DNA of 64,000 nucleotides from an uncultured Alphaproteobacteria bacterium (GCA_963711215.1 CAVQDH010000006.1:80879-144878); one strand, 5' to 3'. Positions 49,146-59,211 are shown, numbered from the stretch's first letter. Numbers and translations are program-made. Notes: a model not told the origin generated them from the letters alone.

Positions 49146-50000
49146 CTATTCCCTGTGGAAATATCCCTCGTTATCGGCGAGGGCTTCGAAGCGGTTCAGC
49201 GCGTCCAGCGTCCGCTCCCTGTCGACGAGGCTCAGCGCGTTCAGCAAGGCGTTGATGAGGATCATCGGCGCGCAATGGAAGGCGACGAAGGACGCGGACT
49301 CCGCCGGCGCATAGAGGCTGACATCGCCCTGCAGCGGCGAGAAAGGACTGTCCGTGATCGTCACGGTCTTGATCTTCCGCTCGCGCGCGTGGCCGAGCAG
49401 GTCGACCAGCTCCTGCAGATAGCGCGGAAAGCCGATGACGATCAGGCAGGCGGCCGCGTCCATCCTGTTCAGCCGGTCGTAAGTATCGGTGGAGACGGCA
49501 AGCGCGCGTGCGGCGTCGAGGGCGATCTTGTTGAGCCCGAACCACAGATGATTGGCGAGCGACGCGGTGCTCCGGGACCCGACGATCAGGATGCCGGAGG
49601 CGTGATGAATGGTCTCGATCGCGGCGTTGAAGGCATTCGGATCATAGCCTTCTTCCAGGCTCGCGATGTTTTCCATCTCCTTCGCGATCACCGCCTTCAG
49701 CGGACTGTCATCCCGCCCCTTGTGCGTATAGGTCAGGCGGAAGCGGTCGGTGCCCCGGAGGTCGGCGCGCACGAGGCGTCGGATCTCGCGCTGGAAGGCC
49801 GGATAGCCGCTGAAGTCGAGCGCCTTGGCGAAGCGCACGATCGTGGCCTCGCTAACGCCCGAAAGCCCGGCAAGCTGCGTGATGGTCGAAAAGGCGACCG
49901 TCTGGTAGTTGGCGGAAATGTACTTCGCCAACACGCGCTGAATTGCGCGAAAGGTCGTCCGCCTGCTCCCGGAGCCGGGTGATGAGCGTTGCTTCGGCAT
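49146..50000 (-). CDS. MurR/RpiR family transcriptional regulator
   Basis: HTH_6 N-domain (ITQLAGLSGVSEATIVRFAKALDFSGY) plus a SIS domain. 284 aa. Confidence 0.85.
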   Translation of the reverse strand: MPKQRSSPGSGSRRTTFRAIQRVLAKYISANYQTVAFSTITQLAGLSGVSEATIVRFAKALDFSGYPAFQREIRRLVRADLRGTDRFRLTYTHKGRDDSPLKAVIAKEMENIASLEEGYDPNAFNAAIETIHHASGILIVGSRSTASLANHLWFGLNKIALDAARALAVSTDTYDRLNRMDAAACLIVIGFPRYLQELVDLLGHARERKIKTVTITDSPFSPLQGDVSLYAPAESASFVAFHCAPMILINALLNALSLVDRERTLDALNRFEALADNEGYFHRE

Positions 50001-50045
50001 TGATCGGCTAGCTGTTCCATCTGCCGCGAGATCGAGGCGTCAAAA

Positions 50046-50061
50046 TGAAAAATAATTTTCA
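50046..50061. promoter_or_regulatory. inverted repeat TGAAAA-ATAA-TTTTCA in the AT-rich divergent control region
   Basis: Read directly. Lies in the most AT-rich stretch of the window (about 50030-50100), between the rpiR-like and aminotransferase genes. Confidence 0.3.
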
Positions 50062-50249
50062 TGATGCTATATTATGCAAAATTATATGTCAATTGCGCCT
50101 TTGCCTGCCGGTGCCGGTGCGCTTCGCCTCGATTGCCTTCCGCGCCAGCCCGCATTTTCGATTTCTTTAATTGACGACCCTTCGTCCGGCTTGGCACTCT
50201 CTCTGAAAGCGGCAATGCGCCCGCACACCCCAATCGAAAGAGCCAGCCG

Positions 50250-51533
50250 ATGTCCGCAACGCCGAAGCCCCATGATCCCGTCTATGAGCATGCCCGGGAG
50301 GTGCTGCCCGGCGGCACCTTCGGCAATACCGGGGCGGACCTGATCATCCGCGAAGGGCGGGGCAGCCGTGTCTGGGACGAGGACGGCAACGAATATGTCG
50401 ACTATCTGATCGGCTCCGGTCCGATGATCGTCGGCCACAACCACCCCGAGGTGACGGCCGCGGTTGTCGAGCAGCTTCAGCACGGCACCACCTTCTTCGC
50501 CAACAACCGGAAGGGCGTGGAGCTGGCGCAGGCGATCATCGACGCGGTGCCCTGCGCGGAGAAGGTGCGCTACGCCAGCACTGGCTCGGAAGCGGACGCC
50601 TTCGCCATGCGGCTCGTGCGCGCCTATACCGGCCGCGACAAGATCCTGAAGTTCGAGGGCGGCTACCACGGCTACAGCGATTACGGGCTGATGAGCCTGG
50701 CCCCGAAGAACCCCGGCAACATGGTGCACGCGATCCCGGATTCCGCCGGCATTCCGCGCAACGTGGCGGAAAACATGGTGGTCGCGCCCTACAACGATTC
50801 GGCGGCCGTCGAGAGCCTGATCCGCGAGCACAAGGGGCAGATCGCCGCCGTCTTCCTCGAGCCCTTCCAGCGCATCATTCCGCCGCGTCCCGGCTTCCTC
50901 GAGGACATGCGCGCGCTCACCGAGAAGAACGACATGCTGCTGGTGTTCGACGAGGTGGTGACCGGCTTCCGCTTCGGCTATGGCGGGGCGCAGGAATATT
51001 ACGGCGTCACGCCGGACGTCTGCACGCTCGGCAAGACGATCGGCGGCGGGTTTCCGCTCTCGGCGATCGCCGGGCGGGACGAGGTCATGGCGATGTTCGA
51101 CCGCGAGCGCGCCGAGCCCGAGCGCTTCGTGCCGCAGATCGGCACGTTGTCCGGCAACCCGGTCGCCGCGGCCGCGGGCATCGCGACGCTCAACATCCTC
51201 AAGCGGCCGGACAGCTACAAGAAGATCTTCGCGACCGGCGAGCGGCTGATGAAGGGGCTGTCCGAGCGCCTGGCGAAGCACGGCGTCGAGGCGCAGGTCA
51301 CGGGCGTGCCGCCGCTGTTCGACCTGGTCTTCACCAGCGGCGAGATCCGCAACTACCGCGATACGCTGCGCGGCGACGCCAAGAAAATGGCAAAGTTCAA
51401 CGCCCTGCTGAAGGAGCGCGGCATCCTGAAGGGCGAGAGCAAATACTACATCTCGCTTACCCTGACCGAGGCGGATATCCAGCAGACGCTGGATGCGTGG
51501 GACGACGCGCTCGCCGTCCTGGCGCGCGGGTGA
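50250..51533 (+). CDS. class III aminotransferase (glutamate-1-semialdehyde aminomutase-like)
   Basis: 427 aa. DEVVTGFR and TLGKTIGGG (PLP-lysine) motifs. Confidence 0.85.
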   Translation: MSATPKPHDPVYEHAREVLPGGTFGNTGADLIIREGRGSRVWDEDGNEYVDYLIGSGPMIVGHNHPEVTAAVVEQLQHGTTFFANNRKGVELAQAIIDAVPCAEKVRYASTGSEADAFAMRLVRAYTGRDKILKFEGGYHGYSDYGLMSLAPKNPGNMVHAIPDSAGIPRNVAENMVVAPYNDSAAVESLIREHKGQIAAVFLEPFQRIIPPRPGFLEDMRALTEKNDMLLVFDEVVTGFRFGYGGAQEYYGVTPDVCTLGKTIGGGFPLSAIAGRDEVMAMFDRERAEPERFVPQIGTLSGNPVAAAAGIATLNILKRPDSYKKIFATGERLMKGLSERLAKHGVEAQVTGVPPLFDLVFTSGEIRNYRDTLRGDAKKMAKFNALLKERGILKGESKYYISLTLTEADIQQTLDAWDDALAVLARG

Positions 51534-51568
51534 CGCCGCCGGCATGACCTGGGGAGCAAAGCGTTCGG

Positions 51569-52295
51569 ATGGCGGAGACGGCGGCTCAGCGGCATTCGGA
51601 AACCCTGGCGCACTGCGCGGTCCTGGCTGACCTGCCCGCGGGCGAGATCAACCGCCTCGACACGCAATGCGTCTGGCGGCGGTTCGAGGCCGGCACCGAG
51701 ATCCTGAGCCATCAGGACGACACGACGGATGTCTACTTCGTCGCCACCGGTACGGTGCGGGTGATCATCGCGTCGATCCAGGGCAAGGACACCGTCTTCC
51801 GCGACATCGAAGCCGGCGACTATTTCGGCGAGATGTCGGCGATCGACGGCAAGGGCCGGTCGGCGAGCGTCGTGGCGCGCACCAACGCCACGGTCGCCAA
51901 GATGCCGGCGGCCGTGTTCCGCGATCTGGCGATGGCCCATCCGGCCGTCTGCTTCCGAATCCTCGAGCGCGCGGTCCGCCAGATCCGCTATCTCTCCGAG
52001 CGCATCAACGAGTTCCGCACCCTCGACGTCCGCCATCGCATCTATGTCGAGCTGCTGCGTCTCGCCCGGCGCGCCGGCGGCCGGGAGCGGCGAGGCCGTC
52101 ATCTCGCCGCCGCCGACCCATCAGGAGATCGCCGACCGGGTCAGCACGCGGCGCGAGGCCGTGGCCCGCGAGCTGAAACAGCTCGAGCGCGACGGCCATC
52201 TTCGCCGCCGGCGCGGCGCGCTGGTGATCGCGGACGCCGCCGCGCTTGCCGAGATGGTCGAGAAGGCCCGCCAGGGCCTCGACGAAGATGATTGA
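51569..52295 (+). pseudogene. Crp/Fnr family transcriptional regulator, frameshifted as sequenced
   Basis: The cNMP-binding domain (GDYFGEMSAIDG) is in the first frame. The HTH (THQEIADRVSTRREAVARELKQLERDG) is in a second frame. Junction within about 52055-52090. Confidence 0.8.
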
Positions 52296-52449
52296 AATCA
52301 ATCGATAATTCGATCCGCCACCGGTTCCGGTTCGGGTATTCCGGCCGCGCCGTTTCGCTGTGTGCGAAATCGCACGCTCGCTCCTTCCCGTTTCGCCGAT
52401 GATCCCCTCCATCGGCAAGTCAACGAACGGACTTGGAAGGAGATTAGAA

Positions 52450-52670
52450 ATGTCAGCCATCATGCATCACAAGGCCACTGACGATTGCTCTCACGATCGG
52501 CCTGGTCGCGGCCTCGGCGGGCGCGTATCCGCTCGAGCGGATCGTCAGCCGGCAAGCTGCCGATTTTCCAGAGCGCGTCGGTCACCGACACGGCGACCGA
52601 CGATCAGGGGCCGGCCTATGTCGGGACGACCCCGCTGATCGGAAACGGCGACTTGGAAGACGACTTCTAG
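52450..52670 (+). pseudogene. possible small secreted protein readable only through two frame shifts
   Basis: GGAAGGAG RBS and ATG 52450. The signal-like LTIALTIGLVAASAGA is in frame +1. The GC3-rich tail GKLPIFQSASVTDTATDDQGPAYVGTTPLIGNGDLEDDF is in frame +2. Confidence 0.3.
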
Positions 52671-52738
52671 AAACGCCAATGCGTTCCTGGTCCGATCGTC
52701 TTCCGAAGCTTCAATGCCGATAAATCCGGCGGCCCCGC

Positions 52739-54770
52739 TCACAGCCCCACGACGTGGCGCGGGCGGCCCCAGTCTTGCGCTTCCTTCGCCGCGCGGGGCA
52801 CGTCCTCTTCCAGCATGAGCCGTTCCGCGACCAGCCGCTTCGCGGCCGCGACGATCGCCGCGACGTAGCCCTCCGGCGATCCGTACCGCTCCAGCACCGA
52901 CTTGCGCGGGTCTTCCGTGAACGCACGCTCCTCGGCTGAGTCCGGGAAGGGGATGTAGCTGCCGTTGAACTCGTATCCCGCGCGCGTGCCGTAACCGCGC
53001 GCCCGCAGGCTCCAGCCGGTATAGGTGCCGAGCGGCGCCTGCACCATCGGCGCACGGACGCCCGCGATATCGTTGCCGTCGGCATCCGTCGCCGGGATCT
53101 GCACGACATAGCCATCCGGGTTCAGCACTGCCGGCGGCTCCTTCGACAGGATGCCGCGCTCGACGTCGGGGCCATGGTCGAGCAGCGGCAGCGCCGCCGG
53201 GCCGGCCGAGATCATCTGCCCGGGGATGCGCGGGATATTTCTCGCGCCATTCGATGTAGGTCGCGAGCGTGCCGTCCTTGCGCATCGGGATGCGGGAGTC
53301 GGGCGGCGGCGTGCCGTCGGTGATCCAGGCGTCCATGGCGTCGAGCAAGCGCGCGGAACAGCATCGAGGTGCTGACGATGTTGCTGAAGTTCTGGCAGAT
53401 GCCCTTGTTCGGCACGGTCCGCAGCGGGCTCGACATGTGCTGCGAGCTGGACCAGAGATAGCAGCGCACGTTTGCCGGCTGGGGCAGATCGTTGCCCTGG
53501 GTGTCGGTGTGCACGAGCGAGCCGCGCCGCTGCCAGTATTCCGTCGCGCTCTGGCTGTGCAGGACATGCGGATCGGTCTCCGGCCGCTTCAGGATGGCGT
53601 CCGTCTTGCCGGTCAGGTGGTCGGTCGACTCCGCATAGGAGAAGGGGAAGCGGTCGGCGAGGATGTAGTGGTCCTCGTACTGCTGCCCGGCCATCGAGAC
53701 GGCATTGGCGAAGCGGTGATTGAGCCACATCTGCCCGCACCGGCGACATGCGGCATCACGCCGTCGAACACCTTGCGGCCTGCCGCGTCCGCGTTGAAGC
53801 CGAGATAGACGAAGTCACGGATGCAGCGGCCCGTCTGCGAGCGGCCCCAGCCGTAGGCCTTCTCGACCGGCGCCAGCGGGTTGGCGTTGCCGGCCGCGTC
53901 CTTGCCGCCGTATTTGAGGAAGCTGACGAGGTCGCGCACCGCGACATGGCCGAGCCCCATGACCAGCGGGTCGCGGCCTTCGTAGACCAGCTCGTAGATC
54001 CAGCCCGGCTGGAAGCCCTTCGCCATGTAGACGAAGCTGTCGGACGGCATGATCGCCGTTTCGTCGGCGCCGCGGTTATGGCTCTCGCCCGTCACCGCCG
54101 CGCCGCTCAGCACCTGCGCGAACTGCCACTCGGTCCGGCGGGATCGGGGATGCGCGTCGTTGTGCGGGTAGCGACGCTTGGTCAGCCGCGCCTTCGTGGT
54201 GTCGAGCGAGACGGCGGGGTGGCTGCGCGTGCCGGCGCGGCCCGAGAGCGGGAAGCAGAGCGTCGGCGCCACGGGCGTGAACTCCTGGCGCACCGGGCCG
54301 GTAATCGGCTTGCCGTTGTCGGTCGCGACGGGAAGCTTCATCGTCACGCGGTTGTTGCCCGGCAGCAGGTCGCCCTGCCAGGCGCCCCAGACGAAGCTGT
54401 AGCCGCGGCGGAACAGGAAGCCGTTGCCCGCATGCTCCAGCGCCTTCGGATCGTTCGAGGCGCGCGCGTCGTTGAAGAACTGTAGCGCGCGCAGGTTGCC
54501 GCGGTTGCCATAGTCGAAGAAGACGCGGCGGTTGCCCTTGGCCTTGTCCGCCGGGCGCAGCATCAGGAAGTCGGCAGTGAACTCGACCAGGCCGTCCTTG
54601 TTGACGGGCGCCTTGTCGATATCGGTGACGGCGGCCTGGGCGGCGGCCTTCGGGTCGACCGCGTAAAGCGCGCGGCCGCGCAGGCGCTCATAGGCGCCGG
54701 TGTCGCCGAACGCATGGCCGTCGGCGAAGGATGTGCATTCTGCGATTTCGAGAGTGATCTTGCTGGGCAC
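52739..54770 (-). pseudogene. alpha/beta-hydrolase-domain protein (Abhydrolase_10-like), three frameshifts as sequenced
   Basis: Readable across four frames: ...GRKVFDGVMPHVAGAG | QMWLNHRFANAV...MLFRAL | LDAMDAWITDGTPPP...EKYPA | IPGQMISAGP...HVVGL. Junctions near 53733, 53347 and 53229. GTG start at 54770 after GAAGGA. Confidence 0.6.
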
Positions 54771-54902
54771 GGCATCGGTCCTTCGTGCGAGGGGGCGGGA
54801 TCGGGGCAGCCCAGTATGGCACATTCTTCGCGGCGGTCAGCCTTCGCAGCGGACAGCCGGTCCGGTTATCATGATCGGATAAGGAACCGCAGCGAGGCAG
54901 GC

Positions 54903-55352
54903 ATGGTAACGGGCAAAGACATCATCGGGTCGTGGCTCATGGTCGACCGGGGTACCGACAGCGAGGCGGACCGGCAGCAGGCGCGCGTCCGCTACGGCGA
55001 CGATCCGAAGGGGTTCATGATCTTCGCGCCCGACGGCTGGATGAACGCCATCGTCTGCTGGGGCGGGCGGCCCGCGCTCTCCGGGTCGCCGGACTGGCAT
55101 TCCGATGCCCCGGATAACGAAAAGATCCGCGCGTTCGACACCTACCTATCCTATGGCGGCCGCTGGACGGTCGAGGACAGCGTGCTGACTACGCAGGTGG
55201 AATTCGCGCTCAACCCCGGCTGGGTCGGCGGCAAGCAGGTTCGCCGGCTCGAGATGACGGACGACGGCTATCTCATCCTCAAGCTGTCGCGCGCCTGGCC
55301 GGACGGCCGCGTCATGAACGGCTGGGTGCGCTGGAAGCGGGTGCCGGCGTAA
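54903..55352 (+). CDS. lipocalin-like domain protein
   Basis: 149 aa. The IIGSWLMV...FDTYLSYGGRWTV pattern resembles the bacterial lipocalin-like family. ATG 54903. Confidence 0.5.
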   Translation: MVTGKDIIGSWLMVDRGTDSEADRQQARVRYGDDPKGFMIFAPDGWMNAIVCWGGRPALSGSPDWHSDAPDNEKIRAFDTYLSYGGRWTVEDSVLTTQVEFALNPGWVGGKQVRRLEMTDDGYLILKLSRAWPDGRVMNGWVRWKRVPA

Positions 55353-55360
55353 GACTTGGC

Positions 55361-55804
55361 CTAGGATTCAGCCGGTTTCGTCGGCCGCCACCAGTCGGGA
55401 AGCGCGTCGAATTTCGGAATGTCGTCCTCGACGCAGGACCACGACGCGCGGGACGCCCAGAAGATCCGCGCTTGCGGCGCCATGTCGGGCGGCTGATCGA
55501 GGGAACCGGCCGGGATGACGATCTCGAGCCCGCTGCGCGTGTGGTGCGGCAACGGCGCTCCGCAATGCCGGCAGAAGGTCGTCGAAAAGCTCTTCGCCGA
55601 CGGAAGGTCGTAGCGCACCGTGGCGTCCTTTCCCGACGTCCATTCAAAACGATCGGGCAGGACATAGAGGTTCGTCGCGTAGTCCGCGCCGGTCGCTTTG
55701 CGGCATCGCGAGCAATGGCAGTGGGCGAAGCGCAGGTACGGCTTCTTCACCCGGTAGGTCACGGCGCCGCAGAGGCAACTGCCGTCGAGGTGGTTCGCGG
55801 TCAT
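55361..55804 (-). CDS. GFA-family (CENP-V/glutathione-dependent formaldehyde-activating-like) protein
   Basis: GSCLCGAV...CHCSRCRK zinc-cysteine motifs. Confidence 0.8.
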   Translation of the reverse strand: MTANHLDGSCLCGAVTYRVKKPYLRFAHCHCSRCRKATGADYATNLYVLPDRFEWTSGKDATVRYDLPSAKSFSTTFCRHCGAPLPHHTRSGLEIVIPAGSLDQPPDMAPQARIFWASRASWSCVEDDIPKFDALPDWWRPTKPAES

Positions 55805-55817
55805 CGTCAATGCGCCT

Positions 55818-56435
55818 TCATCCGAATAGCTTGCCGAACTCTTCCGGTCCGCCGACCGTCACGTTCAGGTCTTTCACCAATCCGTTGGCGAGCGAATAGA
55901 CCCAGCCGTGAACGCGCAGGTCCTGGCCGCGCGCCCAGGCTTCGTGCACGAAGACGTCGGACGCGACGTTCCGGACCTGGCGGATGACGTTGAGCTCGCA
56001 GAGCCGGTCGAGACGGGCGCGCTGTTCCGGGATCGCGTCGAGCTCGTGGCGGTGCATATCGCAGACTTCGCGGATCGGGTGCAGCCAGTGATCGACCAGG
56101 CCGCGCCGCACGCCGTCGACGGCCGCGGCCACGCCGCCGCATCCGTAATGTCCGACCACCAGGATGTGTTTCACCTTCAGCACGTCGACCGCGAACTGCA
56201 GCACGGAGAGGTAGTTGGCGTCCTGCGGCGGCGCGAGGTTCGCGACGTTGCGGTGGACGAACAGCTCGCCGGGGTCGAGGTCGACGATCTCGTTCGCCGG
56301 CACCCGGCTGTCGGAGCAGCCGATCCAGAGATATTCCGGCGCCTGCTGGCTCTCGAGGCGTTTGAAAAAACCCGCGTCCGCGTGGACCTTTCGCTCGGCC
56401 CAGGCACGGTTCTTCGATTTCAGATGTTCCAGCAT
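55818..56435 (-). CDS. beta-class carbonic anhydrase
   Basis: CSDSRV and HYGCGG zinc-ligand motifs. 205 aa. Confidence 0.9.
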   Translation of the reverse strand: MLEHLKSKNRAWAERKVHADAGFFKRLESQQAPEYLWIGCSDSRVPANEIVDLDPGELFVHRNVANLAPPQDANYLSVLQFAVDVLKVKHILVVGHYGCGGVAAAVDGVRRGLVDHWLHPIREVCDMHRHELDAIPEQRARLDRLCELNVIRQVRNVASDVFVHEAWARGQDLRVHGWVYSLANGLVKDLNVTVGGPEEFGKLFG

Positions 56436-56615
56436 TCGGCAAATCCAGACTGTGATAAGCCCGAGCGACTATAGGGACGGCAGGCCCAGGTCAAGATCAT
56501 TGAGGGAATCGGCCCATTTCGGCCAATGACAGATTGTTGAACGAGTGTATTTTAACACAGCTGGGTTCTTGGCCGCCTGAACGGGCGTGCTGTCGAGCCT
56601 TTGAAAGGCCGGGCC

Positions 56616-57146
56616 ATGACGAAGCCGTTGATATGCGAAGCCTACCGCGCGCAGCAGGAGAAGCTGCACGAGAACCCGAATTACGGCGTGGCCTCGCTGG
56701 AATTCGCGCCGCTGGTGGCGAAGATCGTGACCGAGAACGGGATCCGCGAGGTTCTCGATTACGGCGCGGGCAAGGGCCGTCTCGGCATGCGGCTCGGGGA
56801 GCTGCTCAAGCCGCCGCCCGCGATGCACCATTACGACCCGGCGATCCCGAAATGGGCCGCGGCGCCGGAGCCGTGCGAATTCGTGGCCTGCATCGATGTG
56901 CTCGAGCATATCGAGCCCAACCTGCTGGACAACGTGCTCGACGACCTGGAGCGGGTCACGCGGGAGGTCGGCTTCTTCACGGTGCATACGGGAGCCGCCG
57001 CCAAGGTGCTCGACGACGGACGTAACGCACATTTGATCCAGAAGCCCTATGACTGGTGGCTGCCGAAGCTGATGGCGCGGTTCGACCTGTTCGTTTTCCA
57101 GCGCATTCCCGGCGGCTTTTTCGTCGGCGTTACGCGCAAGGAATAG
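56616..57146 (+). CDS. class I SAM-dependent methyltransferase
   Basis: VLDYGAGKG motif I and a VLEHI motif. ATG 56616 is preferred over the TTG at 56601. Confidence 0.7.
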   Translation: MTKPLICEAYRAQQEKLHENPNYGVASLEFAPLVAKIVTENGIREVLDYGAGKGRLGMRLGELLKPPPAMHHYDPAIPKWAAAPEPCEFVACIDVLEHIEPNLLDNVLDDLERVTREVGFFTVHTGAAAKVLDDGRNAHLIQKPYDWWLPKLMARFDLFVFQRIPGGFFVGVTRKE

Positions 57147-57225
57147 CGCCGGCGGGGCGACCCCTGGCAACCGGGCTGGGGCGACCCATATTACGGTCCT
57201 CACCGGACAAATCGCGTGAACTCCA

Positions 57226-58431
57226 ATGCTCGATACCTCTCTCAGCTATCTCACCGATCCCGACGCTGAAAATGCGTCGCCCTCGCAGCGCCGCGCGGTC
57301 GACGAACGCGCGCTCATGGACGCCTATTCGGAGGCCGTATCGTCGGTCGTCGATGCGGTCGGGCCCGCCGTCCTGCGCGTGGACTCCCGCACGGGCGAGG
57401 GCAAGACGGCGCGTGGCGGCGTCGGCTCCGGCGTCGTCATTTCGCCCGACGGCCTCGTGCTGACCAACGCGCATGTCGTCGGCGGCGCGCGGGAGATCCA
57501 GCTCACGGATATCGAGGGCCGGAGCGGCAAGGCGCGCCTCCTCGGCATCGATCCCGACACCGATCTGGCGCTCCTGCGTACGGACGCCGACCGCGGCCTC
57601 GCCTTCGCGCCGCTCGGCGATTCGAAGGAGCTGCGCCGCGGCCAGCTCGCGATCGCGATCGGCAATCCGCTCGGCTTCGAATCGACCGTCACCGCGGGCG
57701 TCGTCTCCGCGCTCGGGCGCTCGCTGCGCTCTTTCTCCGGGCGAATGATCGAGGACGTGATCCAGACCGACGCGGCGTTGAACCCGGGCAACTCGGGCGG
57801 CCCGCTCGTCTCCTCGCGCGGCGAGGTGATCGGCATCAATACCGCGGTGATCGTCGGCGCGCAGGGCATCTGTTTCGCGGTGGCGAGCAACACCGCCAAC
57901 CACGTGCTGAGCGAGATCATCCGGCACGGCCGCGTGCGGCGCTCCTATATCGGCGTCGCGGCGCAGACCGCGCCGGTGCCGCGCCGCAGCGCGCTGGCGG
58001 CCGACCTCGACAACCGCTTCGGCGCGATGCTGACCTCGGTCGAGCCGGGCGGACCGGCCGACGCGGCCGGGCTGATGTCCTATGACCTGATCGTGCGCCT
58101 CGACGGCGAGAGCGTGACCGGCGTCGACGACCTCATCCGTCTGCTCGACCACAGCCGCATCGGCAAGCGGCTTCGGATCGACGCGCTGCATCTCGGGAAG
58201 TTGCGGCGCTTCGAGGTCGATCCCGACCGAGCGGCCGCAGACCGGCGGCTAAGCCCGCCGCACGCGCGGCGCGATTGGACGGCTTCCGCCATTCTGGTCA
58301 GAATGCAGGACGGCAGATCGTTGCGCCCGGCGTCGGACATGCCGGTGCGGACGCGGCCGGGCTTTCCGCGCGTCGCGACCTGCCTCCCGCCGTCTCTGTG
58401 CCGCCATCGCAAAAAGGACTTACCGGAATGA
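57226..58431 (+). CDS. S1C (HtrA/DegP-like) serine protease with a PDZ domain; the 3' end is possibly extended by a frameshift
   Basis: TNAHVV / DLALL / GNSGGPL catalytic triad plus PDZ. After ...RRFEVD, the +1 frame reads PTERPQTGG-stop (58250-58252), whereas the open frame adds about 60 Arg/Pro-rich residues. Confidence 0.85.
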   Translation: MLDTSLSYLTDPDAENASPSQRRAVDERALMDAYSEAVSSVVDAVGPAVLRVDSRTGEGKTARGGVGSGVVISPDGLVLTNAHVVGGAREIQLTDIEGRSGKARLLGIDPDTDLALLRTDADRGLAFAPLGDSKELRRGQLAIAIGNPLGFESTVTAGVVSALGRSLRSFSGRMIEDVIQTDAALNPGNSGGPLVSSRGEVIGINTAVIVGAQGICFAVASNTANHVLSEIIRHGRVRRSYIGVAAQTAPVPRRSALAADLDNRFGAMLTSVEPGGPADAAGLMSYDLIVRLDGESVTGVDDLIRLLDHSRIGKRLRIDALHLGKLRRFEVDPDRAAADRRLSPPHARRDWTASAILVRMQDGRSLRPASDMPVRTRPGFPRVATCLPPSLCRHRKKDLPE

Positions 58432-59075
58432 AGCTCTATTGGACGCCCGCGTCGCCCTTCACGCGCAAGGTCTCGGTCAGCGCCCGCGAGCTCGGGCTTT
58501 GGGAGCGGATCGAGGTCGTGCCCACGAAATGGCCGCTGGTCTGGGCCTTTGCGACGATCGACTTCACGCCGGGGCTGGCGGAGTCCAACCCGGTCGCGCG
58601 CATTCCGACCCTGGTGACCGACGCGGGCGACGAGCTGGGCAATTCGACCTTGATCTGCCAGTACCTGGACAGCGTCGCAGGCGGCGGCCGGCTGGTCCCG
58701 CCGGGCGCGGATGCCTGGCGGATGTGGTCGCTCTACGCCGTCGCCGACGGGCTCATCGAAGCGCAGGTCGCCATGCGGGCGGAGAAGCTGCGGCCGGCTT
58801 CGAACCAGTCGGAAGGCTTCCTCACCAAGCAGCGCGACCGTATCGAGCGCTGCTTCGACCGGCTGGAGCAGCGGGCGGAGGAACTGGCCTGCGCGCCCGA
58901 CGCGACGCCGAACCTGGCGATGATCACGGCGGGCTGCGCCTGCGGCTATCAGGACTGGCGCGACTGGCTGCCCGACTTCCGCCCCGGCCGCCCCGGGCTC
59001 GCGGCCTGGGCCGACGCTTTCGCCGAGCGGCCATCGATGCGCGTGACGCGGCCCTCGGAAACGCCCGAGCACTGA
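58428..59075 (+). CDS. glutathione S-transferase family protein
   Basis: MKLYWTPASPFTRKV... N-domain and a helical C-domain. 215 aa. Confidence 0.75.
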   Translation: MKLYWTPASPFTRKVSVSARELGLWERIEVVPTKWPLVWAFATIDFTPGLAESNPVARIPTLVTDAGDELGNSTLICQYLDSVAGGGRLVPPGADAWRMWSLYAVADGLIEAQVAMRAEKLRPASNQSEGFLTKQRDRIERCFDRLEQRAEELACAPDATPNLAMITAGCACGYQDWRDWLPDFRPGRPGLAAWADAFAERPSMRVTRPSETPEH

Positions 59076-59211
59076 CCGCCGTCCGGCCGCGGCCGCGTGA
59101 CAGGCGGCATTTTGGCAGTTTCACCCCTTATTGTTGGCATGCATGCCGTCTCGTGCGCGAGAATGGGCCGGCTTATGGTCGCGCGGCTAACGGCAACCAG
59201 GAGTGAGACCA

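Noticed and set aside
22200-54000. Programmed ribosomal frameshifting as the explanation for the split genes.
   Set aside because: The junctions show no shared slippery heptamer or stimulatory structure, they go in both directions, and they occur several times per gene in unrelated families. Indels, whether real or artefactual, fit better.
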